From a virus (taxonomy: Duplodnaviria; Caudoviricetes), in IMG/VR virus record IMGVR_UViG_3300020079_000007, positions 64,001-128,000 of that record: 64,000 nt of DNA; one strand, given 5' to 3'. Within the stretch, counting starts at the first letter, position 1. Each line of letters begins with the position of its first letter. Below the pieces are notes generated by a model. The model did not search any database, was not told where the DNA came from, and was given only the letters and a program-made list of their open reading frames with translations. Of this stretch, positions 19,553 through 27,957 are shown in pieces. A program made the position numbers and the translations under genes.

Positions 19553-20019
19553 TACTTCTTACCTCTCTTCTTTGGTTTAGTAAATTGTATTTTTTGAAGG
19601 TACAACTGATCTGATGGCGGAGCCATAGGTTTTTCTTTGAACAATTTACTTACTCTTTTATCAGAGTCGTGGTCAGCAAGTTCCAAGTCCTGTTCATCAA
19701 AGAATGTTGGGTACTTATCCAAAATCTTTTCAATTGTTTCTTCAGTAAGCTCGGCTTTATTACCGTCTCCAAAAACGATTTCTCTCAACTCTTCATAAGT
19801 ATAATCGTCAAGGTTGATATTTTCTAATGAACCACCTAATATCGCTGATGGGAATATTGGTCGAACCTGAAGCTGTGATATAGGGTCAGCTAAAGTAATA
19901 GCATTCCCGTTATTGCCAATAACGCCTGTTGTTACGACAGGAGCAAGTTTGCCATACACTACTTGCGGCGCATCATCATCTTTATTTTCATAAACAGTAA
20001 GCAAGGAGCCGTCAGGCAT
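19552..20019 (-). CDS. Hypothetical protein, paralogue of 18934..19293
   Basis: Shares VFG.G.KAELTEE.IE.I.D..PTFFD..D.E. Confidence 0.65.
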   Translation of the reverse strand: MPDGSLLTVYENKDDDAPQVVYGKLAPVVTTGVIGNNGNAITLADPISQLQVRPIFPSAILGGSLENINLDDYTYEELREIVFGDGNKAELTEETIEKILDKYPTFFDEQDLELADHDSDKRVSKLFKEKPMAPPSDQLYLQKIQFTKPKKRGKK

Positions 20020-20201
20020 CTGAACTTTTTTCTCAAGTTTTTTGTTGCTTTTACAAGTTTATCTGCTTCTTTTTTAAGTCTCTTATTTTCTTTCTCTTGT
20101 TCTTTTGTAACGTCGCTGCACCAATTACTGAACATATTCCATATTGAATGAGCTTCATCATCTTTCATCTCTAAAGAGATACTACCTTTAGGTCCTAGCA
20201 T
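19959..20201 (-). CDS. Hypothetical protein
   Basis: 80 aa, downstream of a TGTTAATAT motif. Confidence 0.45.
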   Translation of the reverse strand: MLGPKGSISLEMKDDEAHSIWNMFSNWCSDVTKEQEKENKRLKKEADKLVKATKNLRKKFRCLTAPCLLFMKIKMMMRRK

Positions 20202-20262
20202 ATAATGATATTAACAAAAAAGGCAGGCTTCGGCCTGCCAATAGAGTCCGAGACCCTAGATT

Positions 20263-21075
20263 TTATTTTGCATCTCCTGAAGAATCCATTTTTTCTTTTT
20301 CTCTTTCAATCAGTGCAGCTTTAAGTTTGATTGCTTCTTTTTCTCTTTCTTCAACCTTTGTCTTATCACCTGACTTCAAATTGAAAGTTTCATCTGTTGA
20401 CTTAATAATCTCAAGTTCCTGTTCAGTATAAGCAAGATCATAAATAACCTTTACATTACTTATGTAAACAACTGAAACATCATAACCTGTGATAGGGATT
20501 GTTCTTATGCGAATTGCTCTAATATAAAGTTCATTTGTTGCCTTTCCACCATAAGCTGGGTAATTCAAAACATCTCTTTTATTAGGGTCATCAACATATT
20601 CAAGGTTATCCCATTCAAGAACAACTTCACCAATAGTCTGCAAGTCGCCTTTGAATTTATATTCTTTACCTACTGGGTCATTTGGGTCAGTTGCTAAAAA
20701 TATTGATACTTCATCATTTCTGTTTATGCCATTAACTGTAATACCAAGTTTCTTTAATGTGCCAACATTTGTCAAGTAGCCAAACTCTTTATCAGCTTCA
20801 GTTATAATAGGATTGTATGGCGGCACAATGTCATAATACACATAACGATTTTCAGGAATGTTCTGAACACAAACAGCAAGTTTGCCATCAACAATCTTAA
20901 TCTGATAAGGAACTCCCTTAAGAGATGACATTGGACGAACTTCCCAATTTTCATAGGAATAACCATCAACTGCGTTTTCGATAAAAGTACTTGCATTAAG
21001 GAAAGTCTTTTCCTCAGCAAATGTTGTAAAACAAATTGCGAATAGCATTGCAAATATCGCAAACAACTTCTTCAT
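20263..21075 (-). CDS. flaA: Spirochete flagellar filament sheath (outer layer) protein FlaA
   Basis: Sec signal peptide; ENWEV, IVPPY, NVGTLKK, LEWDNLEYV, NVKVIYD match the spirochete FlaA pattern; adjacent to flagellin. Confidence 0.8.
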   Translation of the reverse strand: MKKLFAIFAMLFAICFTTFAEEKTFLNASTFIENAVDGYSYENWEVRPMSSLKGVPYQIKIVDGKLAVCVQNIPENRYVYYDIVPPYNPIITEADKEFGYLTNVGTLKKLGITVNGINRNDEVSIFLATDPNDPVGKEYKFKGDLQTIGEVVLEWDNLEYVDDPNKRDVLNYPAYGGKATNELYIRAIRIRTIPITGYDVSVVYISNVKVIYDLAYTEQELEIIKSTDETFNLKSGDKTKVEEREKEAIKLKAALIEREKEKMDSSGDAK

Positions 21076-21177
21076 TTATAATCTCCTCAAATTAAAGTAA
21101 GGGGAACCGAAGTTCCCCTAGTTAAGCTCTTTTTTAAATACTAGGCAACTACCCACCCAATTGAGCCTCAGTTGCCT

Positions 21178-22035
21178 TTACTGTAAAAGCTGCAATACAT
21201 TCTGTGACTGACTGTTTGCTTGCGCAAGCATTGCTGTTGAAGCCTGCTGAAGAATTGAATTCTTTGTGTAATCAACCATTTCTTTTGCCATATCAGCGTC
21301 GCGAATAATGCTTTCTGATGAAGTCATATTCTCTGCTGCAACGTTGATACCTTTTGCTGCCATCTCCATTCTGTTCTGAACAGCACCAAGGTCGGCTCTC
21401 TGTCTGTTTACATTCTTCAACGCTTCGTCGATTGTTGCAAGTGTACGGTTTGCTGTTTCAGTATCTGAAACTGATACAAGAGCTCCGTCTTCACCATCCT
21501 GCCCTTTTCCGCGAAGTCCCAAAGATTCAGCAGTTGCAGATGCAATGTTAATCTTGATGTTCTGGTCAACATTTGCGCCAACTTGGAAAGTGATTGAGTT
21601 GTCAGTTTCTTTTGCGAAACGACCTGTCAACATATTGTAGCCATTGAACTGAGCAGTAGATGCGATACGGTCAACTTCAGCAACAAGCTGTGAAACTTCT
21701 ACCTGAATTTGCATTCTGTCTTCATCGCTGTAAACACCATTTGATGCCTGAACAGCAAGTTCACGGATACGCTGCAAGATGTCTGTTGTTTCCTGAAGAT
21801 AGCCAGAAGTAACTTGTATGAAACTTATAGCATTTTCAGTATTTTTGCTTGCTTGATTAAGACCTCTGATTTGAGCTCTCAATTTTTCACTTATTGCAAG
21901 ACCAGCTGCATCGTCACTTGCTTTATTTATGCGTTGACCTGAAGATAATTTTTCAATAGAACTTTGAACTTCCTTTGCATTTATTCTCTCCATACGAGAG
22001 GCGAACATTGAACTAAGATTGTGATTGATAACCAT
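21178..22035 (-). CDS. flaB: Flagellin, spirochete periplasmic filament core FlaB type
   Basis: [14 protein letters not shown]...[24 protein letters not shown]...[13 protein letters not shown]...[11 protein letters not shown]...MLAQAN; 285 aa with no large variable domain, Treponema-like. Confidence 0.97.
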   Translation of the reverse strand: MVINHNLSSMFASRMERINAKEVQSSIEKLSSGQRINKASDDAAGLAISEKLRAQIRGLNQASKNTENAISFIQVTSGYLQETTDILQRIRELAVQASNGVYSDEDRMQIQVEVSQLVAEVDRIASTAQFNGYNMLTGRFAKETDNSITFQVGANVDQNIKINIASATAESLGLRGKGQDGEDGALVSVSDTETANRTLATIDEALKNVNRQRADLGAVQNRMEMAAKGINVAAENMTSSESIIRDADMAKEMVDYTKNSILQQASTAMLAQANSQSQNVLQLLQ

Positions 22036-22056
22036 TTTTCTTCTCCTTAAGAGTCA

Positions 22057-22917
22057 TCACTTCCGTGTTTTGTATGGCTTACAAAGTTTACCTGCAACAA
22101 AGCCAGATGGACATTCATAACAGAAAATGTTCTCTTTTCCATTATTGAACCAATGTTTTCCTTTTCCAAACTTTAAGCGAGCTTCATTTGCTTTCTTCTT
22201 AGTCTCTTCGTTGATAGGCTTTTGAAGTTTGCCTTTTTTGAAGCCTTCAGGACACTCAAAATCAAGAATATTTTCTTCACCATTATTGAACCAATGTTTT
22301 CCTCTATGAATATCTGCAAGCCTCTTAATTTGATTTTTGCATTTATCACTGTTCTTCATAGAAGTTTTTATATGCTCAATATGTTCGTCTGTTTTTTTAT
22401 GTCCTTTCAAAGATTTAGAAATATTATCATTCCAAGATTCTGTTCTTTCCACTGAGCTTAATTTCTTTGACATATTTTCTTTATATTCTTTAAGTGTTTG
22501 TTCATCCATTTCTCGTATAGCAGAACGACCATACATAGGATTCCCAGAACCAGAATATATTTTTGAAAAATGTTTCTTAACCTCGTCTGAACATATATGA
22601 CCTTTATTGAGTTCTGATGATGCTTGTCCTACCAAAACTCTCAATCGTTCATATTCCCTACTTGAAACTTTATGCTTACCTGAATGTGATAGCCTCCATA
22701 AAGCAAATATCATTCCTTTTGTAGGATAAATCTTTACCAAAAGCTGGTGGCAAAAATAATGTTCTCTTGCAGTTAAGAGCACTTGATTAGAAAGTCTATC
22801 TTTCCAAAGAGGGAATATTGACTTTGGAAGTATATGATGCTTCTCATAATAAGCACCATTCTTCTTTTCTCTTAATCCCAACTTTTGCTCATTCAAAGCT
22901 TTTGTAATAATTATCAT
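22057..22917 (-). CDS. Free-standing HNH homing endonuclease with NUMOD3-like and C-terminal repeats
   Basis: EKHHILPKS...NQVLLTAREHYFCHQLL; GNPMYG; two GKHWFNNG.ENI...ECP.GF..GKL repeats. Confidence 0.85.
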   Translation of the reverse strand: MIIITKALNEQKLGLREKKNGAYYEKHHILPKSIFPLWKDRLSNQVLLTAREHYFCHQLLVKIYPTKGMIFALWRLSHSGKHKVSSREYERLRVLVGQASSELNKGHICSDEVKKHFSKIYSGSGNPMYGRSAIREMDEQTLKEYKENMSKKLSSVERTESWNDNISKSLKGHKKTDEHIEHIKTSMKNSDKCKNQIKRLADIHRGKHWFNNGEENILDFECPEGFKKGKLQKPINEETKKKANEARLKFGKGKHWFNNGKENIFCYECPSGFVAGKLCKPYKTRK

Positions 22918-23062
22918 ATGAACGGATATTCGGCTAAAGACCGAATATCTTCCTAATCTTACGAGCCGAGTACTCGACTTGATGGATTAGAAACTTCGTG
23001 CTTCACAGCACTGCTTGGTGCTCCACACGCATTTGTACTTTCGGCTCGTTCCCTGCCTACTA
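22918..23062 (-). ncRNA. TnpB omega-RNA (reRNA) scaffold, orphan copy
   Basis: Near-identical to 39883-40027, with a compensatory CCTG/CAGG to CGTG/CACG change. Confidence 0.75.
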
Positions 23063-23219
23063 TGTCAGAGTCAAATCTGACTTCATTTTATGATTTGCAC
23101 CAGATAATACTGATCCCTGTGACTAACGTGGATTTCAATCATTTCTAATATAGTTAGTTGATTTTGAGCCTATTCAAATGTTTGGCTAAAGACCAAACAT
23201 TTTTCTAGGCTCGATTTCT
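22918..23219 (-). mobile_element. Non-autonomous IS200/IS605 derivative (left end + omega-RNA/right end, no ORFs)
   Basis: Reverse complement matches both ends of the 38201..40027 element: LE hairpin ATGTTTGG-TCTTTAG-CCAAACAT, about 145 nt of RE, ends TTCAT; preceded by TTTAC. Confidence 0.9.
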
Positions 23220-23244
23220 GTAAATATGAATGAAACTGTAAGCA

Positions 23245-23313
23245 CCTCCTAAGGCAAAAAAAGGTAGCATCCTTGCTACCTTATTATTATCGACATTTCA
23301 TATAAAAATATTA
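23245..23313 (-). promoter_or_regulatory. Sigma28-like promoter, CsrA-type hairpin and SD (flagellin-type leader)
   Basis: TAAT-N15-GTCGATAA (23313-23287; consensus TAAA-N15-GCCGATAA); stem AAGGTAGCA-AGGA-TGCTACCTT (23282-23261); AGGAGG at 23250-23245. Confidence 0.6.
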
Positions 23314-23328
23314 ACAATTATTTTTAAT

Positions 23329-23571
23329 TTATGCTTCAAAAACTTCCATAAGTTTTGCGGCAAGTTTACGAACGATGTCAGAAGGAACGTCTGAGTTATC
23401 AAAAACATCAACCATCAGCTGAACGAGAGAGTCATCGTCTGCGCCCATTCTTCTGTTTCTTTCGTAAAGTTCATTTACACCAGTTATCATCTTTTCGAAA
23501 GCTTCGTAATCCCCACCGCTCTCTTGCATTTTATTTGTTGTGCAAATTGCTTCAAATAATTTTTTATCCAT
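23329..23571 (-). CDS. Small acidic protein (possible head-internal)
   Basis: LFEA...MQES motifs. Confidence 0.5.
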   Translation of the reverse strand: MDKKLFEAICTTNKMQESGGDYEAFEKMITGVNELYERNRRMGADDDSLVQLMVDVFDNSDVPSDIVRKLAAKLMEVFEA

Positions 23572-23580
23572 TGTTATCTC

Positions 23581-24003
23581 CTACAGTATAGCATTAAGCC
23601 AATAAGGCAAAGTTATATTCCATTTTAATTTTAAAATCAGCGTTGCAATATGAAGTAAGAAAAAGCCGCCAAGTATCGCTACTACAATTGAAAGCCACTT
23701 AATAAGTAACTTATTTTTTGTTGTCAACTTTATAATTTCAGTTGTCTTTTTTGCGTCTTCTTCAATAGCTTTGTCCATCTTTTCAGTTGTGCTTGCGACT
23801 TTTTCTTTAAGTTCTTCAATCGTAACATCTTTACTGCTGTTTGTTGCACGAAGTTCATCGATGTAAATCTGTTGTGCTTTATAATTGTCTCTTAATTCTT
23901 GAACAATTACAGCAGTTGAGCGAGGAGCTTCAGCAGATGTTTGAGCAACACATACTGTGCCCAAACTGAAAATCATTGCAACAATTAAAAACAATTTTTT
24001 CAT
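23581..24003 (-). CDS. Spanin-like protein (signal peptide, coiled coil, C-terminal TM)
   Basis: Topology read from sequence; coupled to a lipoprotein gene. Confidence 0.45.
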   Translation of the reverse strand: MKKLFLIVAMIFSLGTVCVAQTSAEAPRSTAVIVQELRDNYKAQQIYIDELRATNSSKDVTIEELKEKVASTTEKMDKAIEEDAKKTTEIIKLTTKNKLLIKWLSIVVAILGGFFLLHIATLILKLKWNITLPYWLNAIL

Positions 24004-24377
24004 TACTTCTTCTCCTCTTCTTTATAAAGACCTTGCTTTTTCAATAATTCAATGACATCATTTAACTTAACATAGTCTTCTGTTGCGGCAATTGCATCTT
24101 TCTTTCCTGCATCATAGCCTTCATTAAAGGCTTGCTGCTTTTCGTATGCAATTGAAGTCTCAAGTTCATCAAGTAAGTCAAATCCATAAGTTGTAGCACT
24201 ATCAAGTTTCTCAAGGATTTCGACCTCTCTTACATTATCTTTTTTAAGTGAGTTAAGTTGCTCCAAAGTAATTGCAGTCCCTACCTTAGCATCGATAAGA
24301 TTATTATCTGCAACTTTGTTTGAAACACATCCGAAAAACAAAAAGCAACTTAATAATAGTACTGCAAACTTTTTCAT
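24003..24377 (-). CDS. Lipoprotein, spanin-like
   Basis: MKKFAVLLLSCFLFFG-C lipobox, coiled coil. Confidence 0.5.
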   Translation of the reverse strand: MKKFAVLLLSCFLFFGCVSNKVADNNLIDAKVGTAITLEQLNSLKKDNVREVEILEKLDSATTYGFDLLDELETSIAYEKQQAFNEGYDAGKKDAIAATEDYVKLNDVIELLKKQGLYKEEEKK

Positions 24378-24388
24378 TGTATCACTCC

Positions 24389-25132
24389 TTATTCAAATGC
24401 AGCTGCAAGTACTTCACCATAATTATCAAATCCACAATGAGGACAAACATCTTCATCGCCTCTTACAGGCTGTTCACAATGTGGGCAGATGTTTCCTGAC
24501 AACTTTGCTTTTTCCTCATCATAATACTTGAGGTATCTTTCATAATACTCTCTTCCGATATGATAGCCATCGTCTTTTGCATAATTTACAAAATCGATGA
24601 AACTGTCTATACGAACATCTCTTTCAGCATCGTGTCTTGCCATAATTCTACAGTATTCATCAATGTCATTTGATGTATCTGTGCTTTCCTGAAGCTTATC
24701 TTTTACAGTGATGTCTATTTCCCAGTGAAGCTTGTCACCAACTTCAGTTTTTGTTTTGAAGTAATGAATGCTGTTTATAACAAGACCGTCCTTACAGCTT
24801 TCAAATCCTGCCTTATCTTTTACAAGATAACCTCTGTAAGTATCAATAATTACAGGATAAGCATACCCTTTACTTACTGCTCTTGTGTAAAAGTTGTCTG
24901 CCCAAGTAATGTTGCCTGCCTGAACAAAAGCTGACTCAGGACATTCATCAAGCATCTCCTGTGTTACAACAGAAGGAAGAACTTCTTTACTCAAAATTTC
25001 AAAGCTACCAAAGATTGGCTTTACACATCTTTTGAGCTCAGTTGTTGTTGGGTATACACATTCAAGAACTTTGCCTTCATCAGTTTTAACTGTAAACTTA
25101 TACCAAGCTCTATATGATTCTACAATTCTCAT
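24389..25132 (-). CDS. Hypothetical protein with C-terminal double zinc ribbon
   Basis: CPHC...CPHC; IVES/LQES motifs. Confidence 0.6.
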   Translation of the reverse strand: MRIVESYRAWYKFTVKTDEGKVLECVYPTTTELKRCVKPIFGSFEILSKEVLPSVVTQEMLDECPESAFVQAGNITWADNFYTRAVSKGYAYPVIIDTYRGYLVKDKAGFESCKDGLVINSIHYFKTKTEVGDKLHWEIDITVKDKLQESTDTSNDIDEYCRIMARHDAERDVRIDSFIDFVNYAKDDGYHIGREYYERYLKYYDEEKAKLSGNICPHCEQPVRGDEDVCPHCGFDNYGEVLAAAFE

Positions 25133-25146
25133 TCTTTATCTCCTAA

Positions 25147-25926
25147 TTAACAACAAGTTGCGGCGCCTTTTGTAAAGTAATGTGCAACAGGTTTGATAAT
25201 GTCCAAAAGCTTTTCTCTTGGAATGTTTTCATCATTGCCTGAAACAGCAACATATTTTTTAGCTACAAAATCAAACTTACCGTAAGTGTTGTCAATAATA
25301 TATGTCTTAATCTTTGATAAATCAATTGTCTTATCTGTGACTTCATTGTAAGACTCAGGCTCAACGAATGAATCATCTGCAATAAAGCCAACAATTGAAA
25401 TATAATGGCCTTCTTTTTTCTTAAATGGGTCAACTGATGAAATTACAGGAAGGCCTTTTTTGCAAATCTGCCAAACAAGTTCATATTCATCAAACTCATT
25501 GTAAAAACGAGTTACAGGTCTTCTTTTCATTTCAGCAAGTTGCTTCGCAGTATACCCCATAAATAAATTAACTGCGTATGACATTACATCGTGTAACTCA
25601 TTTGGTGGATAAGAATTGATACAAGCAACTTCCCAATACTTTTTACCTTGGGCTTTTGCATTTGCTTTGGCTTCCCTCATCCAATTATTATACATTCCGT
25701 TGTAATGTGTTTCATAATACTTAAGAACATCCTTGTTTGTGCGGGTGAAATAAGTAATCTTATCATCAAGCTGTTTGAATTGCGGAACGATACCCATATC
25801 AGGTTCCCATCCCGCATAACCTAAACACTGTGCAAAGTTTGTAGGACCACAAACATTGACTCTGTCAATGTCATTGTTTCTTTGTGAAAAGTTGTCGTGT
25901 CCTGCAGATACATTGTACTCTTTCAT
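25147..25926 (-). CDS. Papain-like (C39-like) peptidase, possible endolysin
   Basis: SQRNN...CGPT, GHYISIVG, IIDNTYG; near holin-like and spanin-like genes. Confidence 0.6.
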   Translation of the reverse strand: MKEYNVSAGHDNFSQRNNDIDRVNVCGPTNFAQCLGYAGWEPDMGIVPQFKQLDDKITYFTRTNKDVLKYYETHYNGMYNNWMREAKANAKAQGKKYWEVACINSYPPNELHDVMSYAVNLFMGYTAKQLAEMKRRPVTRFYNEFDEYELVWQICKKGLPVISSVDPFKKKEGHYISIVGFIADDSFVEPESYNEVTDKTIDLSKIKTYIIDNTYGKFDFVAKKYVAVSGNDENIPREKLLDIIKPVAHYFTKGAATCC

Positions 25927-25939
25927 TATTTATCACCTC

Positions 25940-26182
25940 TTATTCAGTTGCTTTCAATATGCTTTCGAAGATTTCTTTTGTTGATACTTTTGCATTCTTT
26001 GAAACTTTGCCGTCTTTTTTCATTTGATTGATACGTTGTGTAGGCTCAGTCTTCGACTCGAAAGTATCGGCGTTCTTTTCTTTATCGGTAAAGCCGTTTC
26101 CTTTAAGCCATTTACCGCCAACTTTTGCTTTATATGATTTATCTGTTTCAAGCAATATGCTTTCGAAAAGTTCTTCTTTCAT
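25940..26182 (-). CDS. Small protein, possible head-internal protein
   Basis: LFESILLE and IFESIL at both ends; ACTAAT upstream. Confidence 0.5.
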   Translation of the reverse strand: MKEELFESILLETDKSYKAKVGGKWLKGNGFTDKEKNADTFESKTEPTQRINQMKKDGKVSKNAKVSTKEIFESILKATE

Positions 26183-26253
26183 ATAAAATTAGTAAACAAT
26201 AAAAAAGGAGGCCGAAGCCTCCTGAGAAAAAATGTTATTTTATTTTGGCTGGT

Positions 26254-26622
26254 TTACTTGCCTTTTGTTGCTTCCTTCAACTTTTCAGCAATCTCATCAG
26301 CAAGTTTGTCTGGGTCAACTTTTGAAGTAAGTTTGTTTGTCAATGCTTCTTTCACAGCTTTGAATGTCTTGAAAAGCAAAGTATAACAAGACTGTGTAAG
26401 ACCAACAACAGCTGCAATAAACAAAAGTTTTGCAGGAAGAGCAAGAGCTCCGACAATTCCTGTAAATACAACAAGTGTAGCAGCAGCGCCACCAAGAACA
26501 CCTGCAATAATTGCCATTGCGATTTTGTTTTCCTTCAACTTCTCAGGGAAGAAAGTTTTCAACCACTCTGTGACACCTGCCACAACCATTGCTACAATAA
26601 ATGCTGTAACGAAAAAATTCAT
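26254..26622 (-). CDS. Putative holin (three TM helices, charged tail)
   Basis: Hydrophobic helices, VTEWLK, basic/acidic C-terminus. Confidence 0.6.
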   Translation of the reverse strand: MNFFVTAFIVAMVVAGVTEWLKTFFPEKLKENKIAMAIIAGVLGGAAATLVVFTGIVGALALPAKLLFIAAVVGLTQSCYTLLFKTFKAVKEALTNKLTSKVDPDKLADEIAEKLKEATKGK

Positions 26623-26812
26623 TTGCAATCTCCTATACATATTATATTAACATAATTTTCAAAGTCAACTTTTAAATAAATTTATACTCTTCATTTTTTT
26701 CTCTTTTATTCCCTCCATTATAGTTCAAAAATTCGTTTAGGTTACTAAATTTGTTGAGTTAACACTCGACTGTGTTAAGTGTTAATATATATTTATTAAT
26801 GAGGAGATTACA

Positions 26813-26953
26813 ATGGCAGAGAAAATAATTCTTGATGGCAAAGAAGTTACTGCAAAGGAACTTCACGAAGCTCAGCAGAATCCTGCAGTTCGTATCATCG
26901 AAGATAAAAAGAACCCAGGGACATTCAAAACTTTGAAGAAGCTTAACGGCTAA
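26813..26953 (+). CDS. Small protein (46 aa) ending in Gly
   Basis: GAGGAG SD; MAEKIILDGKEVTAKELHEAQQNPAVRIIEDKKNPGTFKTLKKLNG*. Confidence 0.65.
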   Translation: MAEKIILDGKEVTAKELHEAQQNPAVRIIEDKKNPGTFKTLKKLNG

Positions 26954-26972
26954 AATAAAAACAGAGGTTAAA

Positions 26973-27941
26973 ATGCAATATGATATAATTGCAGTGGATA
27001 TGTTCAATGTTTTTTATAAAGTAGAACACAATTCACTCGACAAAGATCCTATATCAATTGCTAGGAATATGGTTACCTTTATCAACGACAATGTTAGAAA
27101 GCACCTCGCTGATAAGGGTAAGTTGTTTTTATTATATGACCCAATACCTAAAAATGATTTAGGAATAAGTAAAACTTTCAAATACACAGAGAGACAGGAC
27201 ATTCTTTACGCTTATAAACGTAATCGTACTCACAACAGAAAATGTCTTACTGTTGTTGATACTGTCCGCAAATACTTTTCTCATCGTGGTCCAAATATCA
27301 TAACAGTTATCAGTGATAAATACGAAGCTGATGACTTTATGGAAACAATCATCAAAGAGTATAAAGGCAAAGATATTGCGATGGTCACAACAGATAACGA
27401 TTGGTGTCGTTATCTTGAAACTCACAAAGTCGTTATGATTAACGATGATTGGAGAAAACCCTTTACAGCAGAGTCATTTGAAGACAAATATCAGTTCAGA
27501 CCATCAATTACAGGCGTATGTGTTTGGAAAGCTTGTTTTGGCGATGGGTCTGACAATATCCGCGGCGCTTTACAACTTAAAGGACTTAAACAGGCAAATC
27601 AAATTAAAGTCATTGCTTTCGAGTATATCAATTACCTCGGAAAACATCCTGATGTTAATATTGATTATATCCTTAAGAGGGAAAGAACAAGCAGTCCGCT
27701 TAAAGAATTGAAAACACCTGAAGATAAGTTTTTCAATGGTCTTTCCTCTTTCGACCCTAAATATGAAGTCGAATCTACATTCTTTCAGAATATGAAAGTC
27801 ATAATGAGTAGATGCGATGATTATAAGAAGTTCGCTGTTGCGAAAGATGTTGACGATAAATTTAACCTTCTTATTGAAAAGACTCTGGGCTTTAAGGTAA
27901 AAGAAAGTAAGCAGTTCAAGTTTGGCCATATTAAAGGCTAA
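26973..27941 (+). CDS. 5'-3' exonuclease / T4 RNase H-like (FEN family)
   Basis: VDMFN, YKRNR, YEADD, TTDND, GDGSDNI. Confidence 0.85.
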   Translation: MQYDIIAVDMFNVFYKVEHNSLDKDPISIARNMVTFINDNVRKHLADKGKLFLLYDPIPKNDLGISKTFKYTERQDILYAYKRNRTHNRKCLTVVDTVRKYFSHRGPNIITVISDKYEADDFMETIIKEYKGKDIAMVTTDNDWCRYLETHKVVMINDDWRKPFTAESFEDKYQFRPSITGVCVWKACFGDGSDNIRGALQLKGLKQANQIKVIAFEYINYLGKHPDVNIDYILKRERTSSPLKELKTPEDKFFNGLSSFDPKYEVESTFFQNMKVIMSRCDDYKKFAVAKDVDDKFNLLIEKTLGFKVKESKQFKFGHIKG

Positions 27942-27957
27942 ACACTGCGGAGGTTAA

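Noticed and set aside
22918-23219. IStron (group I intron-IS hybrid)
   Set aside because: Only about 100 nt lie between LE and omega-RNA, and no group I core is recognisable
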